DNA of 61,184 bases, the filler included, from Dimargaris cristalligena (taxonomy: Eukaryota), in NCBI GenBank assembly GCA_003614675.1. It is 4 parts of 4 records of this genome, joined end to end, with 100 filler letters (N's around TTAATTAATTAA, not from the genome) between each part and the next. Parts side by side here need not be neighbours in the genome. Positions count along the whole stretch, not along the records: positions 30,670 to 45,878 come from ML002904.1; positions 45,979 to 61,184 come from ML002905.1; 2 more parts are not named here. One strand, 5' to 3'. The notes below the pieces were generated by a model. The model worked only from the letters and a program-made list of their open reading frames with translations, had not been told where the DNA came from and made no database searches. Position 1 is the stretch's first letter, and each line of letters starts with the position of its first letter. The position numbers and the translations under genes were made by a program. This document shows, piece by piece, positions 33,801 through 46,791 of the stretch.

Positions 33801-35926
33801 CCAGGGTGTTGAACAGCAGGGCAAAGAACAGTACACCCCCTCGCGTGAAGGCCCCGTACGAAGTATCGGGTAGTTTAAAAAATAGAGACCCAACAATCAC
33901 GGCCATACACCAGTTGTACAACATGCGGAAGACCAGTAGGCCGGGGTTCCCGAGGGTGAGCCTAATTTCGCGTTGCAAGCAGGCGATGATTTGGAACCAG
34001 TACGTGGTCTTGTAGCGCGACTTGCGCCGGATTTTGCTTTTACCTGCACCCATCTTCGATTCCTGGATCATTTCGCGGAAACGTTCGTCGGGGCGGTCGC
34101 GTTCCATTTCCGTCCGGTACCCCTGGATCTCCTGTAGCAACCGGGCGTGCGCGTGGGATTCCCGGAAGCTGTTCTCAAATTCCTCGGCGGTACGGGGTAC
34201 CCGCTCCTCCATACCCGGGGCCACGCGAGCCTCTTCGCGGGTAGTGATACCGGTCAGAAAATCAGAGGTGGTTTGCCGTTCGGGACACACGTAGCCTAGA
34301 TTCTGGAAGTAGGACTTGGCCAGTTGGGCGGGGCCGAAGAAGATGCAGCGGCCATCAGCGATCACCATGACCTTGTCAAAAATATTGTAGATATTCTCGG
34401 AGGCCTGGTAGAGCGACACGGCAGTGGTTCGGTGCATCAAATCGGCGACAATGCGGAGGGAACGCACGTAGTCCAAGGCCGACGAAGCGTCCAGACCCTT
34501 GGTACTGCCGTCCCACACCGTGATGGTGGCATCGGTGGCCATCTGTTCGGCGATACTGGTACGCTTCTTTTCACCACCGGAAATACCCCGGATCATGGAG
34601 TTCCCCACAATGGTGTCAGCGCAGCGCTGAAGACCGAACATCTTGATGAGAATGTCAGTCACGGCGCGGCGACGCTGTGAACGGTTGGTCAAGATTCGGG
34701 TACTGGGGGTCTTCATCTTAAGGGCAAAATCGATGGTATTGCGCACCGTGAAGGTAGGGTAGTGGTAGTCCTCCTCTTGGTTATACACCACTTCACCCCG
34801 GTAGTGCTTGTCAATCTCCTGGGGCGAGATGCCGCCGTAGGAGACGTCACCGGTAATTTTGGAATAGGACTTGCGCTCGTTACCCATGATACGGAGCATG
34901 GTAGAACAGCCCGCGCCGGGTTTCCCCAAAACTAGGAGCATTTCTCCCGGACGGACGTAACCGTTGACTCCGTGGAGGATATGCTTGGTGACCACATTGG
35001 GCTTTTTCAGCGGGCGGCAGGTGGCAATACGCCAGACAAACTCGGGGGCATGCATAATGGCGTGCAACACAGGGGTAAGCACAGTCTCAATATGAGTCTG
35101 GGCCGTACCTTGGCCATAGACGTCCAGATTCTCGAACAGTAGCCCGAGTTCCTTCGGGGGTCGGCTGTCATCCGCATCCACGTGTTCGCGGATCTTTTCC
35201 CGGATGTCGTACAGCACGCCCCCTTCTTCGAGGTCGCGGGCCCCGGAGGCTGGCCCTGCCGGGATTTCCCCGTAATCGCGTCCGGCTCTAGCGGTGGGCG
35301 GCGGGTGGGTGGCCGAGACGGCCAGACTCTGCCGCTCGCACAAATCCTCGTACGCCTGGTTCGTGTCGTGGAAGTTGACCTGCGTGGGTTCACCAAAGAC
35401 AATGTTATTGGAAATGCTTGCGGTATTGTAGGCGTTCCAAGTCGGGGCCCGTGCTAAATGAGCCCCGCCTATACTACGGCTGGTGCCCACACGCGTGATG
35501 TTGCTCTGGGTCCGGTAAGCCGGTGGAAGGGGGCCATCGACAGACTCGTGCTGATCACCCAGAATATCCCCAAACCGAATCACATTGGGGTTAGGTTGGC
35601 GCACAAATTCGCGGGCCCTGGCGCTGCTGGACGAAGTGCGGCGGTGGCGTTCACCGGTGTAGGGACCGTCGAAGGCCTCCTCCTCGGATGGCTCTCTCTG
35701 CTGGTCGGCCGTGGGTGGTTTCTCGTTGGAAATTTGGGTCGGGTGGGTGTCGGGTAGGGTAATCTCCTCAAAGCCCGGCGAGGTATTATCAATAGGCTGG
35801 GCAGGTGCCGACGAAAAATCCCCCCCCCGACCCATTGTGCACCCCGTCGCCTACTCCTCCCTGGGCGTAGGGGTCCTGTGGAGGTGGCTCGGGGGCCTGA
35901 ACCTTCTGGGTCTTTTTACGACCCAT
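30819..35926 (-). CDS. Full-size PDR/ABCG transporter (NBD-TMD-NBD-TMD); +1 frameshift at 33446-33453 and probably another at 35820-35828 (start 35926, otherwise 35835)
   Basis: NBD1 has GKPGAGCST (degenerate Walker A), ISGGEKKRTSIAE and WDGSTKGLD. NBD2 has GASGAGKTT, LSTEERKRLTIAVEL, LFLDEPTSGLD and CTIHQP. Both TMDs carry Cys-containing extracellular loops. Confidence 0.92.
32826..32938 (-). repeat. Coding 30-nt tandem repeat (about 3.5 copies) in the ABC transporter linker
   Basis: Encodes DPNLINNYTV-NPNLVNNYNA-DPNLVNNYNV-NPNVNYNNP; + strand TGTAGTTG(T)TGA recurs at about 30-nt spacing. Confidence 0.85.
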
Positions 35927-36571
35927 ATTGGCAAACGTCTTAATGGGAGAGGCAAAGTCGAATAATACTCACGTTGTGTGAATTGCTTAAATGGTAATGA
36001 TGGTTGAAGTATTTATAAATATAGACGTGGCAAATATCGCTCCACTAGTATGTGCGGTCAGGGATATTAAAAATGTAATAGTACAAGAAGGTTGGTTAGT
36101 TATCGGGAAAATGAATGTAATAGTGAGACTAGGTGTTTTTAAAGGAGTGTCAACTAAATAAAGATAAAAGGTTCAGGACCGATCCCTATGTGGGTCAAAT
36201 CAATGGTAACCATTCCCTGATATATGGGTTTATTGAAAGGCGTGATGGGATCCAACTATAAGCTATTGAGTGAATCGCAGGAGACCCAGAGTGTTGGCAT
36301 TTACCTTGTTAGAGCAGTAATGATTCAGTTAGGTCCGAGATCGAACCTATTACGGCTTTGCAACAATATGTGATGGTAACTGGTCCTATTGGGTTTAGAT
36401 ACCACTAGTAACAGAAATGTTTCAGATTGGTAATGGCAATGGCTCAAACAAGAAACGGGAACGTAAATTAAATAGCAGAAGCACTGTTTGAACGAAATAG
36501 TAGTGAAACAATTCCCCGTCTTGGAAGGGAAGGGGGGGGGGTCATGTACTTTTATATGAAACTCGCTCGTT

Positions 36572-36997
36572 GGCCGAATTCGGCCTCTCCCATTTCGCTC
36601 TCTGACGTACTTCGTTCAGCAACTTAAAGAGCCCGGGAGCGCCATCCCCCTATCTAGTCCTATCATCGTCTAATTCAACGACTAGGGCGCACCACCCTGC
36701 CCTACCCACCTACGCTATTCGCGATACGCTTACGAATTCGCCCAAATTTCTTAACGCCAAAGGAAGGCCCTCCCATATTTACTGCTTAGGAGGACAATTT
36801 CCCCCCGATCGGGTGGGATTTGGGTGTCTTTTAGTGCTGGGAATGCCAAGGCCCAGAGCCACAGCATATAAATCACCGCTGACTAGAGCTATCCGGAATG
36901 CCAGACAAAAAAGAGGGGAGAGCAGTCCTGTTGGCGCAATGCCATCCACACCACCACCATACCTTGGCCGCGCTCTCTTCGGCGCCGACGTCGGCGC
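36572..36997. promoter_or_regulatory. Two palindromes GCCGA-NN-TCGGC upstream of the ABC transporter
   Basis: GGCCGAATTCGGCC (36572-36585) and GCGCCGACGTCGGCGC (36982-36997); regulatory function is inferred. Confidence 0.35.
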
Positions 36998-39480
36998 TTT
37001 CGACTAAGTGTTATTGGCATCCAATGGGCTTCGTGGTATGGTGATGAAGAGAGGACAGTCATTTGATACGATATCGTTGGCGTTACCAGAAAACGCGCCA
37101 AGGTCGTCTTCTCTTCTCTTAGCACCCTGCCATTTTCACTTTTTTATTAAATGGAAGTTAGTTGCTCTATCTCTCTAGAAATCAGGGGTGAAGGTGGGGG
37201 GGTGGCTAATTTGGCTTAGCCTAGGGCGAAAAGTGCCATTAGGGAAGGGGCTGACGCAAAGGGGCCCAAAGTCCACCAATCAGTTTTCTGGTGATTGTGT
37301 TCGGTTCATTGGAGTAAGGATGCGAATGGGTGGTGGAAATAGTCTCAACAAATTCTCGTTATCGTTTCCCCGGTAAGATTGGGGGCGTCTAGTCGATGGC
37401 GTAATGAAAATGCCTGGCTTGGTAAGTTGCCAAATGAGACACCCATAAAATTCGGCTAATATTTTGTGCCTGGGAGAGTGTGTACAAAACATACACAAAC
37501 TTTTATTACTAAGCTGGCCGGGTACTCAGACGCGTGGCTATTGACATGTGTGTATCATATCTGACATCTGACTGAAGTTGACACATTGCAAGGTTCAACA
37601 GGATTTGTAAGCACATAGTCGAAAGAAAAGATGAGGTGACTCTAGGGACTTTATCCGTAGGATACTAGGGAGGTATAATGTCTGCGAAATACGACTTGCA
37701 ATGGTGGTGGTTGGTCAGTAAGTGTATAAGCCCAACTGTGGATAGATCACGGTGGTCTGGGAACTGTCTCGGCGGTTAGTATCGGCTGATAGAGCGTTAT
37801 CCGAGAGCTAGCCGTATCCCTTAATATAATAAACCGAATATTAGTCAGCGCAAAACCCTCATGGGAGGCCAAATGTTCGATATATTAAACATGAAACCAA
37901 CTACGTAGTCTGAGGAACCTAGATATTTAAGCGATAACAATACCCACCCAAGCTGTTGATTACTAAGCTCAGCTAGTCTATGCTCAGGATAGATTGTTAG
38001 GCAAAAAGGAATGGAGTATTTCGAGTTAATCATAAAAGCAGCTATTACTAAGATCGTTTCGCAGAACATTGTTGACCACATAGTATAAGGATAAAGGGCG
38101 TAAGAAAATTAGGGCTGGGTGTGAGAAGAACGCACCGGTAATTTGGTATGGGTATAAGAAGGAAATGGGGGTGAGAAACTAAGGCGAGGTAAAACTCAAA
38201 AACGTAGACAACTGGGGTTGGTGGTCATAACTGCATTCCTCTTTTCAAAGGACAACGAGTCTAAGTTTACAAGGAATACTTTTATCCCCAGATAGACCTT
38301 GGATCCCCTGTCGTCAGTTACACGGAGAAATGCACTATTATTTTATCTGGTGAAGTTAACCCAACTCATAAACCAGGTAGAGAGGGGGAATCGGGATGGA
38401 TAGAATAGCCAGGCTTCTAATAAAAACCGGTCTAATCGGCCATTAGCCACGTTGCATAGCCATGTTCATCGGTGTAGCCCATTCAATGATCACAGGTAAA
38501 GGGTTGTTCTGGCTGGTTGATCATGAATGCCCCATATTCGCACTGTCCGGGTACCGCCAATCCCCCTTATAATACATAGTGGGCTGTGCTATGGCATCGC
38601 AAGGTTTTGTTGCATGAGTAAACCATGAATCCCTCCTACCGCTACCCACTGAAACCTAGCAGAGGACGTATAAACCCGGTTGAGCTTAGGTGGGGAGATG
38701 CCTGACGAAACGATTCAGCTTAAATTAAAGGGGTTTTTTTCCGCAATAGTAGATATTAGTAGAAGAGAATGTGGCTGTGCCGCAGTGTTTGGTGTAAAAA
38801 TAACAGCCAACTACTACTTTACACCGCGTTTGCTTTGTAACAGCCCATCAAATCAAGAGGCAGTGGCTACTGTGGGCTTCTCAACTCGGGTAAAAAAAGT
38901 GTAAATAGCAACCAGCTTATTTACTGAGTGGGTTATATATGTAATTCGTATGGTGGTAACTTCTATGAATGTCCAAAAAGACAGGTAGGAAATTTAGAAA
39001 TATGCAATGGTATACACATAAATCAATAGCCATATAGTATTAGCCTGGAAAGCAATCCTTTCACCACAGAAGGTGGGGGGGCCCTTTACCTTAGCCATAG
39101 ATAGACCTGTTTAATTTGCGGGGCCTCGGTTGACAGGCTACGTTGTTTTGTACAGCTCACATTCTCACACGCACTTAGACTTAAGCTGACTTTACCCGCT
39201 GGCGATTCCACAAGAGGAGGGAGGGGTCACACCGCGTCACTCTCATCTTGATCTATTCGATTTTTGTCTACCTTGTCCTTTCCATTCGTCCATGTTCCAT
39301 TATTTTCCAGCTATTCCTGTATAACATTTAATTCGCCCATTTCACCTAAACCTCACTATACCCTCCTATTCATATTCGACTAGTGACCCCGAATCTACAT
39401 TCTTATCTTCCCAGCTCACTACTAACGCGTCTTTTCCGGCTGGCCAGGCTTCAATTCCAAGGCCTTCCGCCCCCTCTAAG

Positions 39481-42400
39481 ATGCAAACGGCCGAACGGGA
39501 TACGTACGGCATTACGGTGGATCACCAAAAAGTGGTCTTGGATATTGACATAGCGGCCCATAGCTTATTTGGGTTTACCGAACTAACCGCCTATCCCCAT
39601 TCCGATACAACCCGTTTGGTACGGCTCAATTGCCGGCAATCTCGAGTTACGCGGGTCACTGTCGCAGGCCAAGACGCCGAATTCAAACAACAGGATGCCT
39701 ACGATAACCTTCAGCGACAGGCCACTCAGGAGCTCAAGGGCATCGAGCATCACCGTGAGCTCCGCCGAACCCTTCAGCTGGCCCGACGCGAATCGGACGA
39801 TGGGGAACTTGTGGTGCTCATTCCGGATGGGGTGCCCATTACCCCCATTGCCCAGCCGGATTCAGTGGCAGCGGCGGCAGCGGTGCCTTCAGATTCCCCC
39901 AGGTTCAATACCTTGGTAATTCGCGTCGATTTCCAGCTCATTCGGCCTGCCGCCGGTCTAGTTTTCAGCGGTTCAATGGATGATCCTGGGTGTGGCTCCA
40001 CCCCGTCCTCGTCATCCCCACCTATCTTGTATACTCAAAGTGATATGGTTCCAGGCCAGGCCCGTCTCTGGCTACCGTGCGTAGATCAGGTAAATCAGCG
40101 GTGCACCTGGGAGCTCACCTATATCGTGCCCCGGCGCCTGACCCCCCTGCCCGATCTCTCCGCCCTGTCGGTATCGTCATCGTCGGCCGAACCCACCGGC
40201 TCTGTCCGGAGCGGCAGTATACCACCAGCAGCAGCCCTGGACCGCGCGCGCGGGTTTTCGGGGGACACAAATGGTGATCCCCTTCTTCCAGAATACAGCG
40301 TAGTTAGTAGTGGTGAGTTGCTCGAACAGACCATTCATCCGAATCGACCCGACCGGAAAATATTTTCATATCAGCTCCAGGCGGCCGCTCCACCCTGCTC
40401 ACTGGCTTTCGTCGTGGGCCCATTTAGGGCGGTGCGTATCGACACTCCGCATTTTCAAAACGGGCACGACAATGGGTCAGGGTCGCCTACTTCAACAGGT
40501 TCTAGCGGTTCGGCCCACGGTGGCGACTCCCAGTCCCAGTCGAATGGCACTCACGCGGAGGCCGACCAAGAAATTGTGGAGGAGGACGAGGATGATGACG
40601 ATGACGACGACGATGAAGATGATGACGACGATGAAATCAGCAGTAAGAGGAAACAACGGAATAGTTCCAGTACCGGCCTGGCTGCGACTAAAAAGGGGGA
40701 GACCAAAACCAAAACCCCCGCAGCCGCTAATCGTGGGGATAAAGTGGGTGGTATTTACCTATTCGCTGCCCCCGGTGCCCACGACGACCTGGTCAACACG
40801 TGTCGCTGCCTGCCCGCCATTATGGACTTTTTCTGCCGCGAATACGGCTCCTATCCCTTTTCCTCCTATAAAGTCGTTTTCATTGACGAACTCGCCCGGC
40901 CGGTCATTGCAGGGGCTTCGCTCACCATACTGGATTCGGAACTACTCTATCCCCCAGACATTATTGACCAGACTTACGAAACTCGGCGATTGCTTAGTTT
41001 AGTGGTAGCCGAGCAGTGGTTCGGCCAGTATATTACCCCCAAAGCCTGGAGCGACACTTGGCTCATTGGCGGATTAGCCCACCATTTGGCTGGTCTGTTT
41101 CTTAAGCATCATTTCGGGACAAACGAGTATCTATTTCGCCTCAAGAAGGATATGGAGCGCCTGGTAGAACTTGATGTTCATCAACCCCCCATTTGCAACG
41201 CCGAACTTGTTCCACCGTTTAACCCCGACACCTTGGCATTCGTTCAGTTTAAAGCCCCCCTCGTCCTTTACATTCTGGATAAGCGCATGATGAAAGGTGG
41301 CCTGTCCCTCGGTCTCCACCGGGTGATCCCTAAAATCCTGCTAAGCGCTATGAGCGGGGACTTGGACCGTTCTTACTCCCTCGGCACGACCGTATTCCTC
41401 AAAATGTGTCGTAAGCTGAGTGGCCTGGACGTCAAGTCATTCGCCGAACAGTGGGTTTACGGGAGCGGCTGTCCAATCTTTCACTTTACCTACCAGTTTA
41501 ACCGTAAGAAACTGGTGGTCGAAATCCATATGCGTCAGGAATGGTCGAACCAGTCTAGTCGATCCGAGTCGGCCCAGCCCAGTATCCGGCCCTACGCGTC
41601 CAATCCATCGTCGGCTTTGGCCACCCCACTACCGCTAACCCCAATCCCGGAGAGGACCACCACACCCATCTTCACGGGCCAAATGACGGCCCGTATTCGG
41701 GAAGCCGATGGGACTCCGTACGAACACGTCCTCGATATCGAGGAAAGCAGCCGAAAATTCGAGGTACAGTTTAATACCAAGTACAAGCGAATCCGGCGTA
41801 ATACCAAGCGGTTCCAAATGCGACAGGCCGCGGCGGCGGCGGAGGAAGCCAATGTCAACCAAATTATTGGCTTAGATACCGAGGAGGCTGAGGAGCAGCT
41901 GGCCTTGTTCGGGGGGGATGATGAAGAGGAGAAGCGTACCTGGCGTATTGTGGAGTGGGGGGAGGAAGACGAGGAGAGTTTGGCCAGTTCCACCTTCGAA
42001 TGGATCCGGTTAGACTCGGATATGGAATGGCTAGGCCGAATCCACTTCGCCCAACCCGACTTCATGTGGGCGGCCCAGCTCCAGAAGGACCGGGACGTAG
42101 TGGCTCAATACGAGGCCATCCAGGCCCTGCGGAACCAGCCCTCAAGTGCCGCCTCCACCAGTCTGATGCGAGTGGTGATGGACGTACGCATGTTTTATCG
42201 GGTTCGTATGGAGGCGGCCCGGGCCCTACCCCAACTGGCTTTGCCCCACTTGGACTATATCGGGCTCTACCATCTTCGGAAAGTATTCGAACGCCGCTAC
42301 TGCGTAGCTATATCCGGCGATGGGACGGCTGAGTCCGCTAACCCTACCACAACGGCGGTCTTGCTCCCCCAGCCGAACAATTTCGATAACATGAGCGAAT

Positions 42401-45400
42401 ATTTCGTCCAGCGGGCCATCATTTTGGCCATGGCCGAGGTCCGGGACCAGAATCACCGGGCCTCCGATGAGGTGAGAGAATTCCTCCTGCGCCTGCTCAA
42501 GTTCAATGACAACTCGGACAATGAGTACGCCGATTGCTATTACATTGGTACGATTATCACCGCTCTTGTGAATACCGTGACGCCGTCCGCCCCCGGTTCC
42601 GTGAACGCCGACGTACAGCTGATCGTTGACGAAGTGGAGCGTTTCCGAGTGATTGACGCCCTACTGTCCACCTACCACAACACCATTACAGTCACATGTC
42701 TAGAGGCTCTCTACCGGCTGTGCTGTTTAAATGTGCTGCCATTCGATTTACCACTGTTTCTCCACATGACTCGCCACGGTAATTTCCGGTCGATACGGCA
42801 GTGTGCCACGAAAATACTGCTCGACCATTTTGGGGTCCAGCCCCGGTCTCCCCTGCTGGCCTACCTATTGCATATGGTGACCAACGACCCGGATCTAGCC
42901 TTCCGCCATTTCCTGAGCCAGCAGTTACTGTGGTGTTTGGTACGCCAGATTCAGAAAATGGGGGAGCCCCTAGCCGCCTTACCGTCCTTCCATATCGATG
43001 AAGGCACCGGGTCGACGATGACCATTCACGGGTTTCCGGACGGGGATTTGGGGCCTAGCGTTCCCCAGTTGGTAGACCAAGTACGGCAGACCTTCAAAAA
43101 CGATGACCGGACAGGTGTACTCCTTTGGCAACTTCTTAGTACGAGTTTGGCTTCCCTGGACCCCCAGATTCAGGCCGACTTATTCGCCCTTAGCGAATTA
43201 CTCTATCGGTCCATCGATCCGTTACCGAGCTTACCCCCCACCGCCGTTGTTGGCCCTCCGCCCCCTGTGTTGGCGCACCCCCCGCCCTCCCGTCTGGCGT
43301 CGCCCCCTCTTGTACCCCCATCGCCACCGGTTACAACTATCCATAGCACACCCACACCCCGCCCTGCGTCCCCTGCGCTAATTGTTATTCCTAAGCTGAA
43401 GATCAAACTTCCCAGTAGTGGCGGTGGTGATGGAGGGTCCAGTGAGTTAGCGTCGCCTAACCTTCCACCCAACATTGCTTCGAAAGAACGGCCCACTCCC
43501 GTGCGTGTTCCTCCCCGCCAGCCTTTGGGTCCTATCGATAGTGACAAGCCAATGACCCCTGCGACCCTCGTTGAAAAGCCTCCTCCACCCCCCACCCGAC
43601 CCCCGACTATCCGACTTAAAAAGGAGTCTTCGTCCACTGTAGAACAACGACATGCGATTCCATCACCGTTGCCGAGACCACCATCGCGCGCGGCTTCGCC
43701 TCCGCCCCCGTCTCGACCACCAACCATCCGGGTGAAGAAGGAGCCCCCCAGTATGGAACCCCGGCGTGCGGCGCCAGTACCCAAACCGAAGCCCCCGCAC
43801 TCGCCACCGGTGACATTCTCCCGACCATCCACCCCACCTCGCCGCCCCCCTCCTCCCCGGGTTCGATCCCCCTCGCCGCCACCGCCACCGGTACGGGCAC
43901 GGCCACCACCAACACCAAAACCAATACCACCACCATCCCAGCCACTGTCTCGTCCACACCCACCGCCGGCGGCAACCCCTCGCCGGGTCGAGCTCCCACA
44001 GCCCCCCGTCCGGGAGAAGGTCGAGATGACCCCTTTACCGCCACCGGCCCCCGTCACCCCCAATCGGGGCCCCTTCAGCCGCACCCTTTCGGCGGACCAA
44101 AAGAAGCAGCTCAAACGGTTATTGCGTAAGATTATGGCCTCTCGATCGGCCTACCCATTCCTCCAACCGGTTGATCCGGTGCGCGACGGCTGTCCCACTT
44201 ACTTCCAATTCATCAAAGAACCCATGGACTTGGGTACTATGAAACGCAAATTGGATACCAACCGGTACACCAGCCTGCAGCAATTCCACGACGACTTCCA
44301 CCTAGTCATCAATAATTGCTATCTCTTCAACCCGATTGGTACGTTCGTCTACACCGAGGGTCAGGAGATTGAGAGTATGTTTGAACAAGAGTGGTCGGAG
44401 GCCTTTGATTCTCTATTGGAAACCGCGGGCCCTGCTCGGAATTACACGATTGTTGAAATTCCTCGGGGTTCCGAAACGGCCCTGTCCACTCCTTCGCGCC
44501 CCTCGGCGGCGCCTTCTAGTGGCGCTAGTTCCCGCACGGTGACTCCCGTCCGACCGGCGACTGGTTCTAGTGGTGGTGGTGGTGGTGGCGGTAGTAGTGG
44601 TGCGTCGGATGAAGTGGCCCGTTCCCTGCCTTACCATGCTAAACACATCCTCAAATTACTTCGGAAACTCCAGGGGCACCCATCAGCCCAACCGTTTCTA
44701 CAGCCGGTGGACCCTATTGCCTTGGGTATCCCCCACTACCGGGATGTTATTCGCCACCCCATTGACCTGGGAACCATCGAGCGTAAAATCCAGGATAACC
44801 ACTCGTACCAAGACTATGTCCAAGTTAGGAAGGACGTGCAGCTGATGCTCGATAATTGCTTTACGTTTAACCCACCTAATAGCTACGTCTACAACGAAGG
44901 AAAAACGCTGGAGAAACTGTTTACTAAACTATGGGGTAGTCTAGTAAAGGAACTACTTAACCGGACCCGGCCCACAAAGACACCCGTCGGGGATAGTCCC
45001 GCTGCCGCTGTCGCCTCTCCCACACCGGCCTTCCCTACTGCCAAGTCGACACCTGTCCAGGTAGCCACTCCAACACCGGCCCCGAAAGTGGTTCGGATGG
45101 ACCCGGACGATGTAACCCGCTGCGAATCGGTGCTCGACAAACTGCAATCCAGCCGTTTTGCGGCACTGTTTTTACAACCTGTCCACCCCGAGCGCGATGG
45201 TTGCCCGACCTACTTCCAGAAGATTAAGCACCCGATGGACTTGGGCACTATAGGCGACAAACTGACGCGGGGCCGCTACAGTCAGGTGGAGCAATTCCGC
45301 GACGATATTGAGCTTATGCTCCACAACTGCTTTTTGTTCAATCCCCCGGGTACTTATGCCCGCGAGCAAGGCCAATCCTTGAAGGCCGTCTACCACAAAT

Positions 45401-45878
45401 TATGGAAGAAGTTCCTACCCCACCACCCACTGAAGGAGTCGACCACTAGTGTGGCCACCCATGCGCAACCCACGAAGACGGCTACGCCGCGGTCCGAGCG
45501 TCTCCCCCCTCCTTCCACCGTCCCAAGCGGTGGTGGAGGCGGAGGTGGGTCTATGGACTCGGCTACCCGGGGACGCGTCACCCGCCTTCTTCAAAAACTG
45601 AGCGCCCACCGGTACGCCGGCCTATTTCTACAGCCGGTCGACCCGGTCCGGGACGGAGTACCCAATTATCTGGATATTGTCAAGCATCCAATGGATCTGG
45701 GAACCATTGCTCAGAAGCTGGCCCGACCCCCCGCTGAATCCTACCCGACTCTAGATGCGTTCGTAGCCGACGTTGAGCTCGTATTCAGTAATTGCTACCT
45801 CTATAACCCACCCGAGAACTTAGTCCATGTTCAGGGTAAGAAGTTGCAGGCCTACTTTACTAAACTCCTCGCTGATTT
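39481..45878 (+). CDS. TAF2: TFIID subunit 2 (aminopeptidase-like fold) with a Pro-rich linker and four C-terminal bromodomains; truncated at the contig end
   Basis: VDHQKVVLDID, ARLWLPCVD, AEQWFGQYITPKAWSDTWL, KAPLVLYILD, QWVYGSGCP, WIRLDSDMEW, DRDVVAQYEAI; four F-L-Q-P-V...P[MI]DLGT...NCxx[FY]NP bromodomains. Confidence 0.93.
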
Positions 45879-45978
45879 NNNNNNNNNNNNNNNNNNNNNN
45901 NNNNNNNNNNNNNNNNNNNNNNTTAATTAATTAANNNNNNNNNNNNNNNNNNNNNNNNNNNNNNNNNNNNNNNNNNNN
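45879..45978. other. Artificial contig linker
   Basis: N44-TTAATTAATTAA-N44. Confidence 0.99.
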
Positions 45979-46791
45979 AAGGATAGGCTTCTAACAGTAG
46001 GTGGGGCTTAGGCTCAGCCAAGTGGGCTACTAGCATTAGGACAGGGGCACAGTACTAACCAATAAAGGATAGATGCAGGTTAATGTCAGAGATGTGCAGC
46101 AGGCACACTTACTAGTTAGCATTAGGGGAATGAGCATATAGAGTTTATTGAGGTAAACTGGGGGGATATGAATAAGCTAAAGAGTTGAACCAGTTCCAGT
46201 GGGGCCTGGTTATATATACATGGGGATGGCTCCAGAGGGAGGTCCCAAGGGAAATACTACTAAGCCTAAGGTATAGATAAGTAAAGAATCTGACTGGATG
46301 GCTTCACATTGGGAAGACCCTCATGAGAACTGGAAGAGTCTGGGATCCACAAGTTGAGTGTTTGGGGTGCAAAGTATTGGGGTTGGAAGTGTAACCACCC
46401 AGCAAGGTGGATCACCTAACTATAGAGCAATTAGAGCATGCAACCAGTAAAATTTTCCAGCTCATTCCTCCCCCTATATCCGCCCCCACCAGGCAAGTAG
46501 TGAGCAGTAGCTGCCTAAGCCAGCAAGGCAACCAACCAAATAGTATATAACAAAAGGACATGGTATAATCTCAACTCCTTAAGTTTCAATTTAATAATCA
46601 ATAAATAACTCTTTAGAAGTTTTCTTTGCCCAACTCAGCACCTTGTTATTTTGTCAATCCTTACCCTTTTTGGAAAATCAGTTAACCCATAGTATCAGGG
46701 ATGACTATGGGAAGGTTAATAGGGCACTATAAGGCCTAATAAGGGTGGACAATCATTAAGTCCAGATTAAGTCGGATTAGGAGGGCTGACA
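45979..46791. mobile_element. Second, inverted copy of the LTR-like element, interrupted by a ~295-bp insert (about 46390-46685)
   Basis: The reverse complement of 46686-46791 matches 28241-28346, and that of 45979-46345 matches about 28400-28783. Confidence 0.75.

Noticed and set aside
40580..40633. GAT/GAC triplet repeat
   Set aside because: Ordinary poly-Asp/Glu tract within TAF2.
43203..44114. 303-aa Gly/Arg-rich antisense ORF and many other shadow ORFs
   Set aside because: Mirror of the Pro-rich TAF2 linker; GC-rich coding DNA yields long stop-free antisense frames throughout the window.
15253..45978. Three identical TTAATTAATTAA palindromes within N runs
   Set aside because: Artificial six-frame-stop linkers between length-sorted contigs. 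ORF-track proteins running into them are artefacts, and cross-linker gene clusters are not real.
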